Assembly (NCBI GenBank): GCA_017456895.1
Contig: JAFTIN010000014.1
Span: 22,883 to 86,882, forward strand
Length of the DNA: 64,000 nucleotides
Direction: 5' to 3'
From: Clostridia bacterium
GTDB taxonomy: Bacteria; Bacillota; Clostridia; Oscillospirales; CAG-272
Shown: positions 8,345-18,296 of the stretch, piece after piece
Layout: the number at the start of each line of letters is the position of its first letter
How positions within the stretch are numbered: the stretch's first letter is position 1
Position numbers and translations under genes: made by a program
The notes under the pieces: model-generated
Databases searched by the model: none
Told to the model about the DNA's origin: nothing
Seen by the model: only the letters and a program-made list of their open reading frames with translations

Positions 8345-9418
8345 TCAGTCACAGTAATAACCGACTGCAAGTCGTACGACATAGCCGTAGGAAACGACTC
8401 CGTCGGTGCCGTTGGCCTTTAGGTATGCATCGTTTAGTTTGTCGTTTATCTTTCCAAGCACGCTGTCCTTATGCTTATTATAGACCGCAGTCGAGGCCCT
8501 CATATCCGCCTTTACAGTATCATTCAGTCGTGAGTAAAGCTCAGTATACAGCTCCTTGTCCGCTCGGTATAGTGCGGAGGAGAGATATTCATACATATTG
8601 AGATAACCGCTGTATCTTATATATTCGTCGTCGGAGCTGATACATACGAGAAAGGCTACGAAATTCGCCTCATTCTCACGGCCTATACCCCTCTGGTGTG
8701 CAAGCTCGTGGGCGGCGGTGTACGGAAGATTATAGTCAGGGTACTCGACGTTGACGTTAGCCTCACCGGTGAAAAAGCTGTATATTCCGGTTATTCCGAG
8801 GTCAGACATCACCGTGCTGAAGTGGACCGGCTTGACTCTCGAGGAAAAATTGTTGACTATTCCGTACTGCGAGTTCATCTTGTCATAGGCATCGATAAGC
8901 CTCCTTGAAAGCTCGTTTACAGTGTATGGCATACGCGTTTGTCCATCCACAAGCTTCACTGTTTCCGACAGAGGGATAAGCTCATCCGCGACCTTGCTCG
9001 CGGCGTAATAAAGCTGCTCTGCGCTGATGTCATCCGAGTCCTTGATACCGATCCTATCCGCAAGGGCGGTAGTGTGATAGCCAACGCCGAGAGTATAGAT
9101 ATACGATGTAAAAACGAGAGATAATACAGCCAGAACGGAGAGTGTAGCCCTCACCTGTGATAACCTCGTCGGACACCTTTTCACAAGCAGAACGATAAGG
9201 GTAATAAGTATCAGAGGTGAGAGGATAACAAAGAGCTCAAAGAAGGAAAAAGGAATAAGATAAGTAAGGAAAGACAGAACTACCCTGACCATATGCGAGA
9301 GGGTAAAATTGATAAGATCTGCTACCTCAGTAAAGCTCCTTGCAAGAATATACACGACTGAAGATAAGGCAAAAATTATAAAAGAAACAAGGGCAAAGCC
9401 CGGTATATATTTTCTCAT
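8345..9418 (-). CDS. DUF3810-like membrane protein with a zinc-metalloprotease motif
   Basis: The protein has N-terminal TM helices. The motif HELAHQRGIGRENEANFVAFLVC matches my recollection of DUF3810. Confidence 0.6.
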   Translation of the reverse strand: MRKYIPGFALVSFIIFALSSVVYILARSFTEVADLINFTLSHMVRVVLSFLTYLIPFSFFELFVILSPLILITLIVLLVKRCPTRLSQVRATLSVLAVLSLVFTSYIYTLGVGYHTTALADRIGIKDSDDISAEQLYYAASKVADELIPLSETVKLVDGQTRMPYTVNELSRRLIDAYDKMNSQYGIVNNFSSRVKPVHFSTVMSDLGITGIYSFFTGEANVNVEYPDYNLPYTAAHELAHQRGIGRENEANFVAFLVCISSDDEYIRYSGYLNMYEYLSSALYRADKELYTELYSRLNDTVKADMRASTAVYNKHKDSVLGKINDKLNDAYLKANGTDGVVSYGYVVRLAVGYYCD

Positions 9419-9538
9419 ATTTCTCTAAATAAAGCTCATGTCCCGCGTCAAGAAAGCGGTAGATAAAATTGACGCAGGACAAGCACTTTTTCGTTATTTT
9501 ATTTTTAAAACTAACGCTAATAAGGTGAGATAAACTAC

Positions 9539-10816
9539 TTAAAAGTAAACTCTACTTCCCTTTTTAAGCATAGAAGAGGAGTAAAACTCGGTGAGTGCAG
9601 ATATCATACTATCGATATCATGCGCACCTGCGGTCTCGTTTGCCGAGTGCATGGCAAGCTGAGGCAGACCGATGTCAACCGTGGGCACGGAGACCTTGGT
9701 ATTAGCTATGGAACCAAGGGTGGAGCCGCCCGGAAGATCTGCTCTGTTGCAGTAAGTCTGCACCTTGACACCTGCGCGCTGACAAACGGTACGGAAGATG
9801 GAATCCGACAGTCCATCGGTGGTATATCTCTGTGCCGCGTTATACTTGACCACCACGCCGCCGTTAAGAACCGGAGCATTGTCCGGATCAGACATCTCCG
9901 GATACGCGGGATGCTTGGCATGTGCGTTGTCTGCGCTGACCATAAAGCTGTTTTCAAGCGCTACAGACAGCGACTGCTCTGAACCCGAGATGCGGAGGAG
10001 AACGTCACGCAGGAAGGTGGAGGCAGCGCCCTGCTTTGTCTCTGAGCCAACCTCTTCATTATCGAACACAGCGAGGACGGGAACCGAGTTGCCCTCGCTC
10101 GAGTTGAGGAAGGCTACTGTAGAAGCAAACACGCAACCGAGGTCGTCAAGACGTGGGCAAAGTATGAACTCCCCGTCCTTGCCTATACGCCTGCCCTCAT
10201 CCCTGTTGTAGAGGAAGAGATCATGTGAGAGAACGTCGCGAGGCTCAACGCCCACAGCTCTTGCGATAGTACCGATGAAAGTGCCCTTCTCAGTTGATGA
10301 GGAATAGAGGGGTAAAAGATCCTTTGCCGGATTGAACTTTGCTCCTTCATTTACACCCCTATTAAGGTGAATAGCAAGGCTGGGAATGGTGAGAAGATCC
10401 CGATTAAGGTTAACGAGCCTTGATTCTATACCTTCCGGGGTCCTGACCACTACTCTGCCGGCTACCGACAGGGGTCTGTCGAGCCAGGTGTAGTATATCA
10501 TTCCGCCGTACTTCTCTACCTCAAGTCGAGTATATGCGCCAACCGACTCCGGTGTTGTCTTTACCCTAAAGGTGGGTGAGTCGGAGTGCGAAGCGGTGAT
10601 CATAAAGCCACGCGCCTCTCTCGAGGTTCTAAAGGCTATTATACTCGTGCCGTTACGGATAACGTAATATCTACCGCCTACAGTGAGCTTCCATCTATCC
10701 GACTCGTAGAGCTCGGTATAGCCCTCAGAGTCGAGGAGTCCCTTAACGGTGTTTACCGTATGATAAGCGGAAGGAGAATGCTTTATAAATTCAAAAAGGC
10801 CATTTATATGATCCAT
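9539..10816 (-). CDS. M18 family aminopeptidase
   Basis: The N-terminus (FIKHSPSAYHTV) and the sequences SHSDSPTFRVK and DNEEVGS are typical of M18 aminopeptidases. Confidence 0.85.
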   Translation of the reverse strand: MDHINGLFEFIKHSPSAYHTVNTVKGLLDSEGYTELYESDRWKLTVGGRYYVIRNGTSIIAFRTSREARGFMITASHSDSPTFRVKTTPESVGAYTRLEVEKYGGMIYYTWLDRPLSVAGRVVVRTPEGIESRLVNLNRDLLTIPSLAIHLNRGVNEGAKFNPAKDLLPLYSSSTEKGTFIGTIARAVGVEPRDVLSHDLFLYNRDEGRRIGKDGEFILCPRLDDLGCVFASTVAFLNSSEGNSVPVLAVFDNEEVGSETKQGAASTFLRDVLLRISGSEQSLSVALENSFMVSADNAHAKHPAYPEMSDPDNAPVLNGGVVVKYNAAQRYTTDGLSDSIFRTVCQRAGVKVQTYCNRADLPGGSTLGSIANTKVSVPTVDIGLPQLAMHSANETAGAHDIDSMISALTEFYSSSMLKKGSRVYF

Positions 10817-10951
10817 AAGTCACCTCACAAATATATATTTTACATATATTTTAACATCTATAAGAAAAAAAGTCAATTTAACTGTTGAAAATTTCTTTAT
10901 TTTGAGGTAAAATAAAGTATCTTATACGTTTTATTCCCTTTGGAGGTTCAG

Positions 10952-12376
10952 ATGATCAGAATTGATGACTATAAGAACATAGAAAAGGCCGTCCGCTTTT
11001 TTGAGGAATTCTCGCTTATTCCCCACGGCTCGGGTAACACCTCGCTTATTGCAGACTACTTTGTTGACTTTGCAAAAAAGAGAGGCCTTGAATACTATCG
11101 TGACGAGGCAGATAACGTAATAATCCGCAAAAAAGCGACGAAAGGCTATGAGTCTCGTCCTGCCGTGATATTCCAAGGACATCTCGATATGGTAGCCGAG
11201 AAAAAACCCGGCGCAACCATAGATATGGCAAAAGAGGGGCTCACTCTCTACCGAGATGGCGACTTCTTAAGAGCTAAAGATACCACTTTAGGAGGTGACG
11301 ACGGAGTGGCTCTGGCGTACGCTCTGGCTGTGCTTGACTCGGACGATATATCCCACCCGGACTTTGAGGCAGTTTTCACCTCTGACGAGGAGATAGGACT
11401 GCTCGGTGCGGTGGCTATTGACCCCGATCAGATTAAAGGGCGTTTGCTTATCAACATCGACTCCGACGAGGAGGGCGTGTTTACGGTAGGCTGCGCGGGA
11501 GGTATGAGAAGCGATATTACCCTCCACGTTACTCGCGAGGAATGTAATTTTGACTCTTATAGAGTCAAGGCATACGGCTTCAAGGGCGGACACAGCGGTG
11601 TAGAGATAGACAAGGGACGTGTCAACGCTACCAAGGCGCTCGTCGAGATACTCGCAAACATAGGTGACATCAGAATCAAGGATATACGCGGCGGAAACGC
11701 TGATAACGCTATACCGCGCGAGTGTGAGTGCATCTTTTCCGCCTGTGAGGATAAGACCGAGCTCATTGAGAAACTCGGAAGAGATCTGGCAAATAGGTAT
11801 GCGGACATAGAACCGGATATTCAGGTAAAAGTGGAAAAGGTAGACTCTGCTCTCGATCCCCTCACCGAAAAGGATTCCTTAAAGCTCATCTCTCTGCTTG
11901 AAAAGCTCCCCTCCGGCATTATAGCGATGAGCACAGACGTTGAAGGTCTTGTCGAAACATCACTTAATATGGGTATACTGAGGATCGACGGAGATAAAGC
12001 GGAGGTATCCTTCTCGGTCAGATCTGCCAAGGGTACGGAAAAGGCAACTCTCGGAGAAAGGCTGCGCTCGATAGCAGGTGTTCACGGTGCCGAATACTCC
12101 ACAAGAGGTGAATACCCCGCGTGGGAATACAAGCAGGACTCACACCTAAGAGACGTGATGAAGAGTGTGTACGAGAGAATGTACAAAAAGTCGCCCGAGA
12201 TAGTGATCATACACGCCGGCCTCGAGTGCGGTATCTTCTCCGAAAAAATCGAAGGACTCGACTGCGTTTCCATAGGCCCGAACAACTACGATATACACAC
12301 AACCGAAGAAAGGCTATCTCTGAAATCTATGTCCGATGTGTGGAATTTCCTCATTGAGGTGCTTAAAGAGATCTAA
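10952..12376 (+). CDS. pepD: Aminoacyl-histidine dipeptidase (M20C, PepD)
   Basis: The sequence contains IPHGSGN, FQGHLDMV, GGDDGVALAY and SDEEIGL. The ATG at 10952 lies 5 nt after ggagg; the TTG at 10940 in the track lies inside the SD. Confidence 0.85.
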   Translation: MIRIDDYKNIEKAVRFFEEFSLIPHGSGNTSLIADYFVDFAKKRGLEYYRDEADNVIIRKKATKGYESRPAVIFQGHLDMVAEKKPGATIDMAKEGLTLYRDGDFLRAKDTTLGGDDGVALAYALAVLDSDDISHPDFEAVFTSDEEIGLLGAVAIDPDQIKGRLLINIDSDEEGVFTVGCAGGMRSDITLHVTREECNFDSYRVKAYGFKGGHSGVEIDKGRVNATKALVEILANIGDIRIKDIRGGNADNAIPRECECIFSACEDKTELIEKLGRDLANRYADIEPDIQVKVEKVDSALDPLTEKDSLKLISLLEKLPSGIIAMSTDVEGLVETSLNMGILRIDGDKAEVSFSVRSAKGTEKATLGERLRSIAGVHGAEYSTRGEYPAWEYKQDSHLRDVMKSVYERMYKKSPEIVIIHAGLECGIFSEKIEGLDCVSIGPNNYDIHTTEERLSLKSMSDVWNFLIEVLKEI

Positions 12377-12435
12377 GGCAAAAATGCCGAAAAATATGAG
12401 AAAACAAAGATTTATGCAATGAAGGGACAATAAAA

Positions 12436-13662
12436 ATGACAAAAATAAGACTTAAGAAATATGCAAATCTCATCGCAAGATGCGGTGTCAACGTACAGAA
12501 GGGACAGGAGGTATACATTACCGCAGAGCTTGACCAGCCCGAGTTTGTTAAGATGGTCGTAGACGAGTGCTACAAGGCCGGAGCAAAGAAGGTCACGGTT
12601 GACTTCTCCTACGGCCCTCTCACCCGCTCACACGTAAAGTACTGCAAGACCGACGTTCTCGGCTCGCTCGACAAGTGGCAGATCGAGAGATGGGAGCACC
12701 AAGTAGAAGTCCTCCCGTGCAAGATCTATCTTGTCTCCGAGGACCCCGACGAGCTCGAGGGCATAGATCAGAAGAAGCTGGCTAAGTCCATGGCTATGCG
12801 CTCCAAGATCATCAAGCCCATAAGAGCGAAGATGGAGAACAAGTACCAGTGGTGTATAGCTGCGGTTCCCGGTAAGAAGTGGGCAAAGAAGATATTCCCG
12901 AATGAGAGAGCAAGCAAGGCAGAGGAGCTCCTCTGGGAGGCTATACTCTCCACCTCGAGAGTTGACGACGATCCTATCGCTGCCTGGGATAAGCATAACG
13001 CTGATCTGTTAAAAAGGTGCGAGTATCTCAATTCACTCGGTAATAAGTCACTCCACTACACAGCGAGCAACGGCACCGACTTTACAGTAGGTCTTATTCC
13101 CGAGGCTACCTTCCAGGGCGGCGGTGAAAACGCGCTCGGATCAGGCATATACTTCAACCCCAACATTCCCTCCGAGGAGGTATTCACCTCTCCTATGAAG
13201 GGTGAGGCGGAAGGTATAGTTTACTCCTCCCGCCCCCTCTGCTATAACGGTGTCCTTATCGACAACTTCTGGATCAGATTTGAAAATGGAAAGGCGGTTG
13301 AAGTCGGAGCTGAGAAGAACGAGGAAGCACTCCGCGAGCTTATCAAGATGGACGAAAATGCAGCCTATCTCGGTGAATGTGCACTTGTACCCTACTCCTC
13401 TCCAATCCGTGAGAGCGGCCTGCTCTTCTACAACACTCTCTTTGATGAGAACGCTGCCTGCCACCTCGCGCTCGGCAGAGGCTTCACCAACCTTCTCCGC
13501 GGCTATGAGAATATGACCGAGGAGGAGGCGCACAAGATGGGCATCAATGACTCCATAGTACACGAGGACTTCATGATCGGTACTGCGGACATGTCCATCG
13601 TTGCGACCACCATCGACGGCAAGAAGGTAAAAATCTTCGAAAACGGCGAGTGGGCCTTTTGA
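12436..13662 (+). CDS. M29 family aminopeptidase (AmpS/PepS-like)
   Basis: The 408-aa length, the N-terminal KKYANLIARCGVNVQKGQEV, and EDFMIGT near the C-terminus are typical of M29. Confidence 0.8.
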   Translation: MTKIRLKKYANLIARCGVNVQKGQEVYITAELDQPEFVKMVVDECYKAGAKKVTVDFSYGPLTRSHVKYCKTDVLGSLDKWQIERWEHQVEVLPCKIYLVSEDPDELEGIDQKKLAKSMAMRSKIIKPIRAKMENKYQWCIAAVPGKKWAKKIFPNERASKAEELLWEAILSTSRVDDDPIAAWDKHNADLLKRCEYLNSLGNKSLHYTASNGTDFTVGLIPEATFQGGGENALGSGIYFNPNIPSEEVFTSPMKGEAEGIVYSSRPLCYNGVLIDNFWIRFENGKAVEVGAEKNEEALRELIKMDENAAYLGECALVPYSSPIRESGLLFYNTLFDENAACHLALGRGFTNLLRGYENMTEEEAHKMGINDSIVHEDFMIGTADMSIVATTIDGKKVKIFENGEWAF

Positions 13663-13696
13663 GTGCATTGATGAATAATGAATAATGAATAATGAA

Positions 13697-13730
13697 AGCT
13701 CGGCGTGCCATTGGCACGCCGAGCTTTTTT
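13697..13730. terminator. Intrinsic terminator (13-bp stem), probably bidirectional, between the M29 gene and the FAD-protein gene
   Basis: agctcggcgtgcc-att-ggcacgccgagct followed by tttttt. Confidence 0.8.
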
Positions 13731-13763
13731 GCGATTATTCGATAAATATGACTATTCTTATTG

Positions 13764-15347
13764 TCATTTTAAGTGTTTTTCTATAGCTTTTTCCGCCATT
13801 TTTAATCCATCGACCGCAGAGGAAACTATACCTCCGGCATAGCCTGCTCCCTCACCCGTCGGATAGATGCCATAGCATCCCGTAGCACATCCATCACTCT
13901 CTCTTTCTATTCTATAAGGTGACGTGGTGCGTGTCTCGGGCCCGGTAAAGGTTGCCTCGGGAAGTATAAAGCCACTGAGCCAAGAGTCAAAATCGGGCAT
14001 TGCCTCAGCTATAGACGATGGGATATATTCCGGTAAAAAATCATAGGGTGAAGCCGTGTTAACACCCAAGGGATAACTCGGATTTACAGCGAGCTTTCCG
14101 CTTGTTTCCCCCCCCTCCATAAGGTCGGAGAGCGAGATTGCAAGGGCCTTATACGAGCCTGAAACGTTGTAAGCCGCTCTCTCTATTTTACGCTGAAATT
14201 CTATACCTGCAAGTGGGTCGTCAGAGCCGAAATCCGCAGGAGTTACAGATACTAAAATAGCAGCGTTTGAGTTATCATCCATGCGCGAATACTCACTCAT
14301 ACCGTTGGTTACTATGCCGCTGTCCTCGCTTGTAGCAGCAACGACAGAGCCACCCGGACACATACAAAAGCTGTAGACGCTCCTACCTGACGAAAGATGC
14401 GTGACCAGGTGGTAGGAGGCAGTCTCTTCGATGAACTCCTTTGAATCACGGTAGACTATGCCGTTGATATACTCACGCGGGTGCTCTATCCTCATGCCGA
14501 CGCCAAAACCCTTGGGAGTAATTTTTGCGCCCCTGTCCTTAAGCATTCTTACCGTGTCACGCGCAGAATGTCCGGTAGCCAATATCAGCGTGTCGGTGGG
14601 GAGACTTACCCTCTCACCATTCTTTTCATACTCTATTTGACAAAGTCTTCCATCCTTGATGGTGACGTCGGTAAGGCGAGCGGAGAAGACGACCTCCCCT
14701 CCAAGGGATAATATCTTATTTCTGATGTTTTTCACGATACCGGGGAGCTTGTCCGTGCCAAGATGAGCCGAGGTGGAGTAGGCAATACTCTCATCCGCTC
14801 CGCCATCAATAAATTCCTCAAGAACTCTGTACTTATACTTATCCTTAGCTCCGGTCTTAAGCTTGCCATCAGAATAGGTGCCTGCTCCGCCCTCACCAAA
14901 CTGAACGTTACACTCGGTATCGAGGACACCGAACCGGTTAAAGAGCTCTATCTTCTTCGCCCTGCCGTCGACATCAAGTCCTCTTTCAAGAACTATGGGA
15001 CGAGCCCCGGACTCTGCAAGTGCCAATGCGGCAAAAAGTCCCGCAGGTCCCGCTCCGGCGACTACGGGTCTGTCATCAAAGTGTGATTGCTTCGAGCTGA
15101 ATGTATCGTACTCAAACCGGGATACCTTGTTTCTGAGCTTAAGCAACCCCTCCTCTTTGTCTATTGAGGAGGAGAAAGCTATCGAGCACTTATAAACGGG
15201 CGCCCTGCCGTCCTTAACTATCAGCTCACGTCGAAGAAGGCGTATCTCTCCTATCTCAGAACGGTCTATCGGCAAATGAGAGGTGAGCGCGTCAATAACG
15301 GTATCATGGGTATAGCCGTAGGGCAAAACCAAATCCGTATTAATCAT
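13764..15347 (-). CDS. FAD-dependent oxidoreductase of the uncharacterised COG2509 type
   Basis: It has a dinucleotide-binding motif (VVAGAGPAGLFAALALAESG) and is 527 aa long. Its start overlaps the fbp stop in an ATGA. Confidence 0.65.
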   Translation of the reverse strand: MINTDLVLPYGYTHDTVIDALTSHLPIDRSEIGEIRLLRRELIVKDGRAPVYKCSIAFSSSIDKEEGLLKLRNKVSRFEYDTFSSKQSHFDDRPVVAGAGPAGLFAALALAESGARPIVLERGLDVDGRAKKIELFNRFGVLDTECNVQFGEGGAGTYSDGKLKTGAKDKYKYRVLEEFIDGGADESIAYSTSAHLGTDKLPGIVKNIRNKILSLGGEVVFSARLTDVTIKDGRLCQIEYEKNGERVSLPTDTLILATGHSARDTVRMLKDRGAKITPKGFGVGMRIEHPREYINGIVYRDSKEFIEETASYHLVTHLSSGRSVYSFCMCPGGSVVAATSEDSGIVTNGMSEYSRMDDNSNAAILVSVTPADFGSDDPLAGIEFQRKIERAAYNVSGSYKALAISLSDLMEGGETSGKLAVNPSYPLGVNTASPYDFLPEYIPSSIAEAMPDFDSWLSGFILPEATFTGPETRTTSPYRIERESDGCATGCYGIYPTGEGAGYAGGIVSSAVDGLKMAEKAIEKHLK

Positions 15348-17329
15348 TTTAATATCGTTCTCTCCTTAATTCTACCAGTCTCATAGGCCTTACCGAGGAG
15401 AGTAAGATCCTCTATCCTCCTCTGTATCTCTGCACCCTGATCTGTATCCTTGACAAGAATCTTCTCTGCAGAGTTCTCAAAGACTACTGTGTCGGAGATG
15501 ATGTCAACATTGTTCTTTATTGCATTTATTCTGCCGCGGAAGGGCTCATGCGCGGATATACGTATACCCTCTGCATTATAGATGAGAGTGTATCCTCCTA
15601 TACCCGTAGTAGGCTGATAAGCCTGACAGAAGCCACCATCAATGACAATGAGCTTGCCTCCTGCCTTAACGGGAGCCTCCCCCTTCTTTGACTTGATTGG
15701 AATATGTCCGTTGATTATGTGCGAACCCTGTCCGCCAAGAGAAAACTCGGCAAGGATCTTGTCAGCCATGGCCTCATCGTTCCATGAATTGTAGTAGGTG
15801 TTCTTTGGCTCCGCCCAAGTCTTCTCATCATCAACATAGAGTCTCTCAAAGGTGGTTATCTTTTCCCTTGCGCAAAGAGGAGAGTTCTTGCCGCACCATA
15901 AGAACCACAAGAAGTCCTTGCCGTACTGTCTCTCCTTGGTGCCCTCCTTAGCGAAGAAGCCCTGGCGAGCAACCCTGTCACAATAGTCCATAAACGCTCT
16001 GCCCGAGAGTCCGCCTGCGCAGTCAAACTTGATAAATTCTCCGCTCTTGTCAAGCGGTATGCAACCGTGGAAAAGGAGGTTTTTGTTAAGAATAGTGTAC
16101 ATTTCCCCTTTTTCAAATAGGAAAGCTACGTGCCTGTGTAATTTCTCCGACCGCATAAAAGCGTTCTTAAGGTAGTGCATTACCCTCGCCTCTGCCTCGG
16201 TGAGAGCGTATGGGTTATTCCTATCCACGGTCGGGAAATCAGAGTCTCGAAGGGGGTACTCCCTACCCTCTATCACGACCGTCTTTTTATCAAAATCTAT
16301 CTTGTCTAAGAGAAGACGCTCCTCCATACCGAAGCTGGGGTTACGGAGTATGGTCTGTCCCTCAAGCTTAAACTGTATGACGCTAATGGCCTTATGCATT
16401 CTCGCGATCAGGACGTCATCGTCCTGCTTTAAAAAGTCGCCCTTGGTATCGCCCTTAGGCATATATCCGGAGACGTCCGAATTCTTATACTCCTCGGATG
16501 CGAAAAGCGAGAGGGGACGGAGCGATATGCCGTAGCCTATCTCAACTACGTCAAGATTCTTATAGGTGATGGAGTTGTTGAGGACGGTGGCAATACAGGT
16601 CCTCGAGCCTGCGGCGGCTCCCATCCACAAAACGTCGTGGTTACCCCACTGAATATCAAGCGATGCCTCCTTCATAAGCTCATCGACAATGATATCTGCT
16701 CTGGCGCCTCGGTCAAAGATATCGCCGACTATGTGGAGGTGGTCGATAACAAGACTCTTTATCGCCGAGCAAATAGCAACGATGAGCTCCTCCTGTGCGC
16801 CGGTGTCAATTATGGTTTCAATCAGACTATCGTAATAGCTAATCTTATTTTTCTCCTCGTTGCCATTGTTGAGTAGCTCGTCGATAACGTGATCATATCC
16901 GCCCGCGACTTTTTCAAGGCATTTGTTCACCTTAGAGCGAGTGTACTTGCTGCTCACAAAGCGGCAGAGCGCAAGAAGTCTTTCCAAAGTTATAGCATAC
17001 CAATCCCTCATATCTTGGGTTCGATCCTTGATCTCGTCAAGCTTCTCCTCCGGGTAGTATATAAGGGTGGCGAGCTCGGCGCGCTCTCGTGCCGTAATAG
17101 ACTTGGCAAAGAGGACGTCGACCTTCTTCCTGATAACGCCCGACGCGTTGCGCCTTATATGCAGATACGCCTCATGCTCTCCATGGATATCCGACATAAA
17201 ATGCTCGGTTCCCTTTGGCAGGTTGAGAATGGCGTTAAGATTGATTATTTCGCTAAGGACCGAGCTACGGCTCGGGTAAGATTTTGCAAGCTCGAGTAAA
17301 TACTTCTCATTTTCAAGATAGCCTTGCAT
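15344..17329 (-). CDS. fbp: Fructose-1,6-bisphosphatase, class 3
   Basis: A metallophosphoesterase motif (MSDIHGEHEAY) is present, along with GDIFDRG and GNHD. The protein is about 660 aa. The ATG at 17329 lies 4 nt after ggaggg; the N-terminal extension in the track has no SD. Confidence 0.9.
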   Translation of the reverse strand: MQGYLENEKYLLELAKSYPSRSSVLSEIINLNAILNLPKGTEHFMSDIHGEHEAYLHIRRNASGVIRKKVDVLFAKSITARERAELATLIYYPEEKLDEIKDRTQDMRDWYAITLERLLALCRFVSSKYTRSKVNKCLEKVAGGYDHVIDELLNNGNEEKNKISYYDSLIETIIDTGAQEELIVAICSAIKSLVIDHLHIVGDIFDRGARADIIVDELMKEASLDIQWGNHDVLWMGAAAGSRTCIATVLNNSITYKNLDVVEIGYGISLRPLSLFASEEYKNSDVSGYMPKGDTKGDFLKQDDDVLIARMHKAISVIQFKLEGQTILRNPSFGMEERLLLDKIDFDKKTVVIEGREYPLRDSDFPTVDRNNPYALTEAEARVMHYLKNAFMRSEKLHRHVAFLFEKGEMYTILNKNLLFHGCIPLDKSGEFIKFDCAGGLSGRAFMDYCDRVARQGFFAKEGTKERQYGKDFLWFLWCGKNSPLCAREKITTFERLYVDDEKTWAEPKNTYYNSWNDEAMADKILAEFSLGGQGSHIINGHIPIKSKKGEAPVKAGGKLIVIDGGFCQAYQPTTGIGGYTLIYNAEGIRISAHEPFRGRINAIKNNVDIISDTVVFENSAEKILVKDTDQGAEIQRRIEDLTLLGKAYETGRIKERTILK

Positions 17330-17362
17330 AATTCCCTCCGAAAAACATATTTTCACGAATAT

Positions 17363-17391
17363 ATTATACATTAAATATTATTTCATGTCAA
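17363..17391 (-). promoter_or_regulatory. Consensus SigA-type promoter for fbp
   Basis: On the minus strand: TTGACA, 17-nt spacer, TATAAT. Confidence 0.65.
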
Positions 17392-17486
17392 TAGAACAAA
17401 ACGTCGGCAGGTGTCGGAATATGCGCTATATGGACCGCAATACCGACTATTATACATGAAAACGCCCCCCCCAAAAAAACGCCATA

Positions 17487-17528
17487 TAGAAAAATATGCG
17501 TGTTATCCTTAACGGAAAACACGCATAT
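17487..17528 (-). terminator. Intrinsic terminator after livF
   Basis: An 11-bp stem (atatgcgtgtt/aacacgcatat) is followed on the minus strand by tttttct. It lies about 43 nt downstream of the livF stop. Confidence 0.75.
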
Positions 17529-17570
17529 TGATCTCTTTTTGTTTGTTTAATCGAAAAGCTGTTTATTGTG

Positions 17571-18281
17571 TCAGCCGCCGAGATACGCTTTACGTATATC
17601 CTCGTCGTTGAGAAGCTCTGCGCCCGTTCCGGTCTTGACAATATTGCCTATCTCGAGTACGTAGGCTCTCGAAGCGATGGAAAGCGCCTTCTTGGCGTTC
17701 TGCTCAACGAGAAGAACGGTAGTACCGAGCGAATTTACCTTCTTTATCATATCAAAGATGGTATTTACGTACAAAGGCGAGAGACCCATGCTGGGTTCGT
17801 CGAGAAGCAGCAGCTTTGGTGATGACATAAGTGCGCGGCTCATAGCAAGCATCTGCTGCTCACCGCCCGATAGAGTACCCGCGATCTGTCCGGATCTCTC
17901 CTTAAGTATCGGGAAGCTCTCGTATATTTCATTAAGCTTTTTCTCAAACTCGGACTTATCACGCTTTGAGTAGTAGCCCATCTTCAGATTATCGTAGACG
18001 GTAAGCTCGCCGAAAATACGTCTACCCTCGGGAACCTGTGCCATACCCATGCCGACAAGCCTATGCGCCTTGATAGAGGTGATATCTTCTCCGCCAAAGC
18101 TTACAGTACCGCCCGACTTACCGATAAGTCCGTTAAGAGCGTGCATAACCGTAGTCTTGCCTGCTCCGTTAGCGCCGATAAGAGCGACTATCTCGCCCTC
18201 GTTTACCTCAAAGGAAACGCCCTTTACCGCTTTGATAAGACCGTAGCTTACCTCGAGGTTATTAACTTCAAGAAGTGCCAT
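17571..18281 (-). CDS. livF: Branched-chain amino acid ABC transporter ATP-binding protein
   Basis: The sequence has Walker A (GANGAGKTT), the signature LSGGEQQML and Walker B (LLLLDEPS). It is 236 aa and lies last in the liv gene order. Confidence 0.9.
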   Translation of the reverse strand: MALLEVNNLEVSYGLIKAVKGVSFEVNEGEIVALIGANGAGKTTVMHALNGLIGKSGGTVSFGGEDITSIKAHRLVGMGMAQVPEGRRIFGELTVYDNLKMGYYSKRDKSEFEKKLNEIYESFPILKERSGQIAGTLSGGEQQMLAMSRALMSSPKLLLLDEPSMGLSPLYVNTIFDMIKKVNSLGTTVLLVEQNAKKALSIASRAYVLEIGNIVKTGTGAELLNDEDIRKAYLGG

Positions 18282-18296
18282 AAGCGTCCCCTTTCT

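Noticed and set aside
10833-10860. An AT-rich near-palindrome (atatatattttacatatatttt) considered as a dif/XerCD site.
   Set aside because: It does not match the Firmicute dif consensus as I remember it beyond generic AT-richness. The overlapping divergent promoters of the M18 and pepD genes explain it better.
13671-13698. A tandem ATGAATA repeat (about 3.6 copies) after the M29 gene.
   Set aside because: It is too short and simple to be a CRISPR array or a meaningful minisatellite. It sits between a stop codon and a terminator and is most simply local slippage in an AT-rich spacer.
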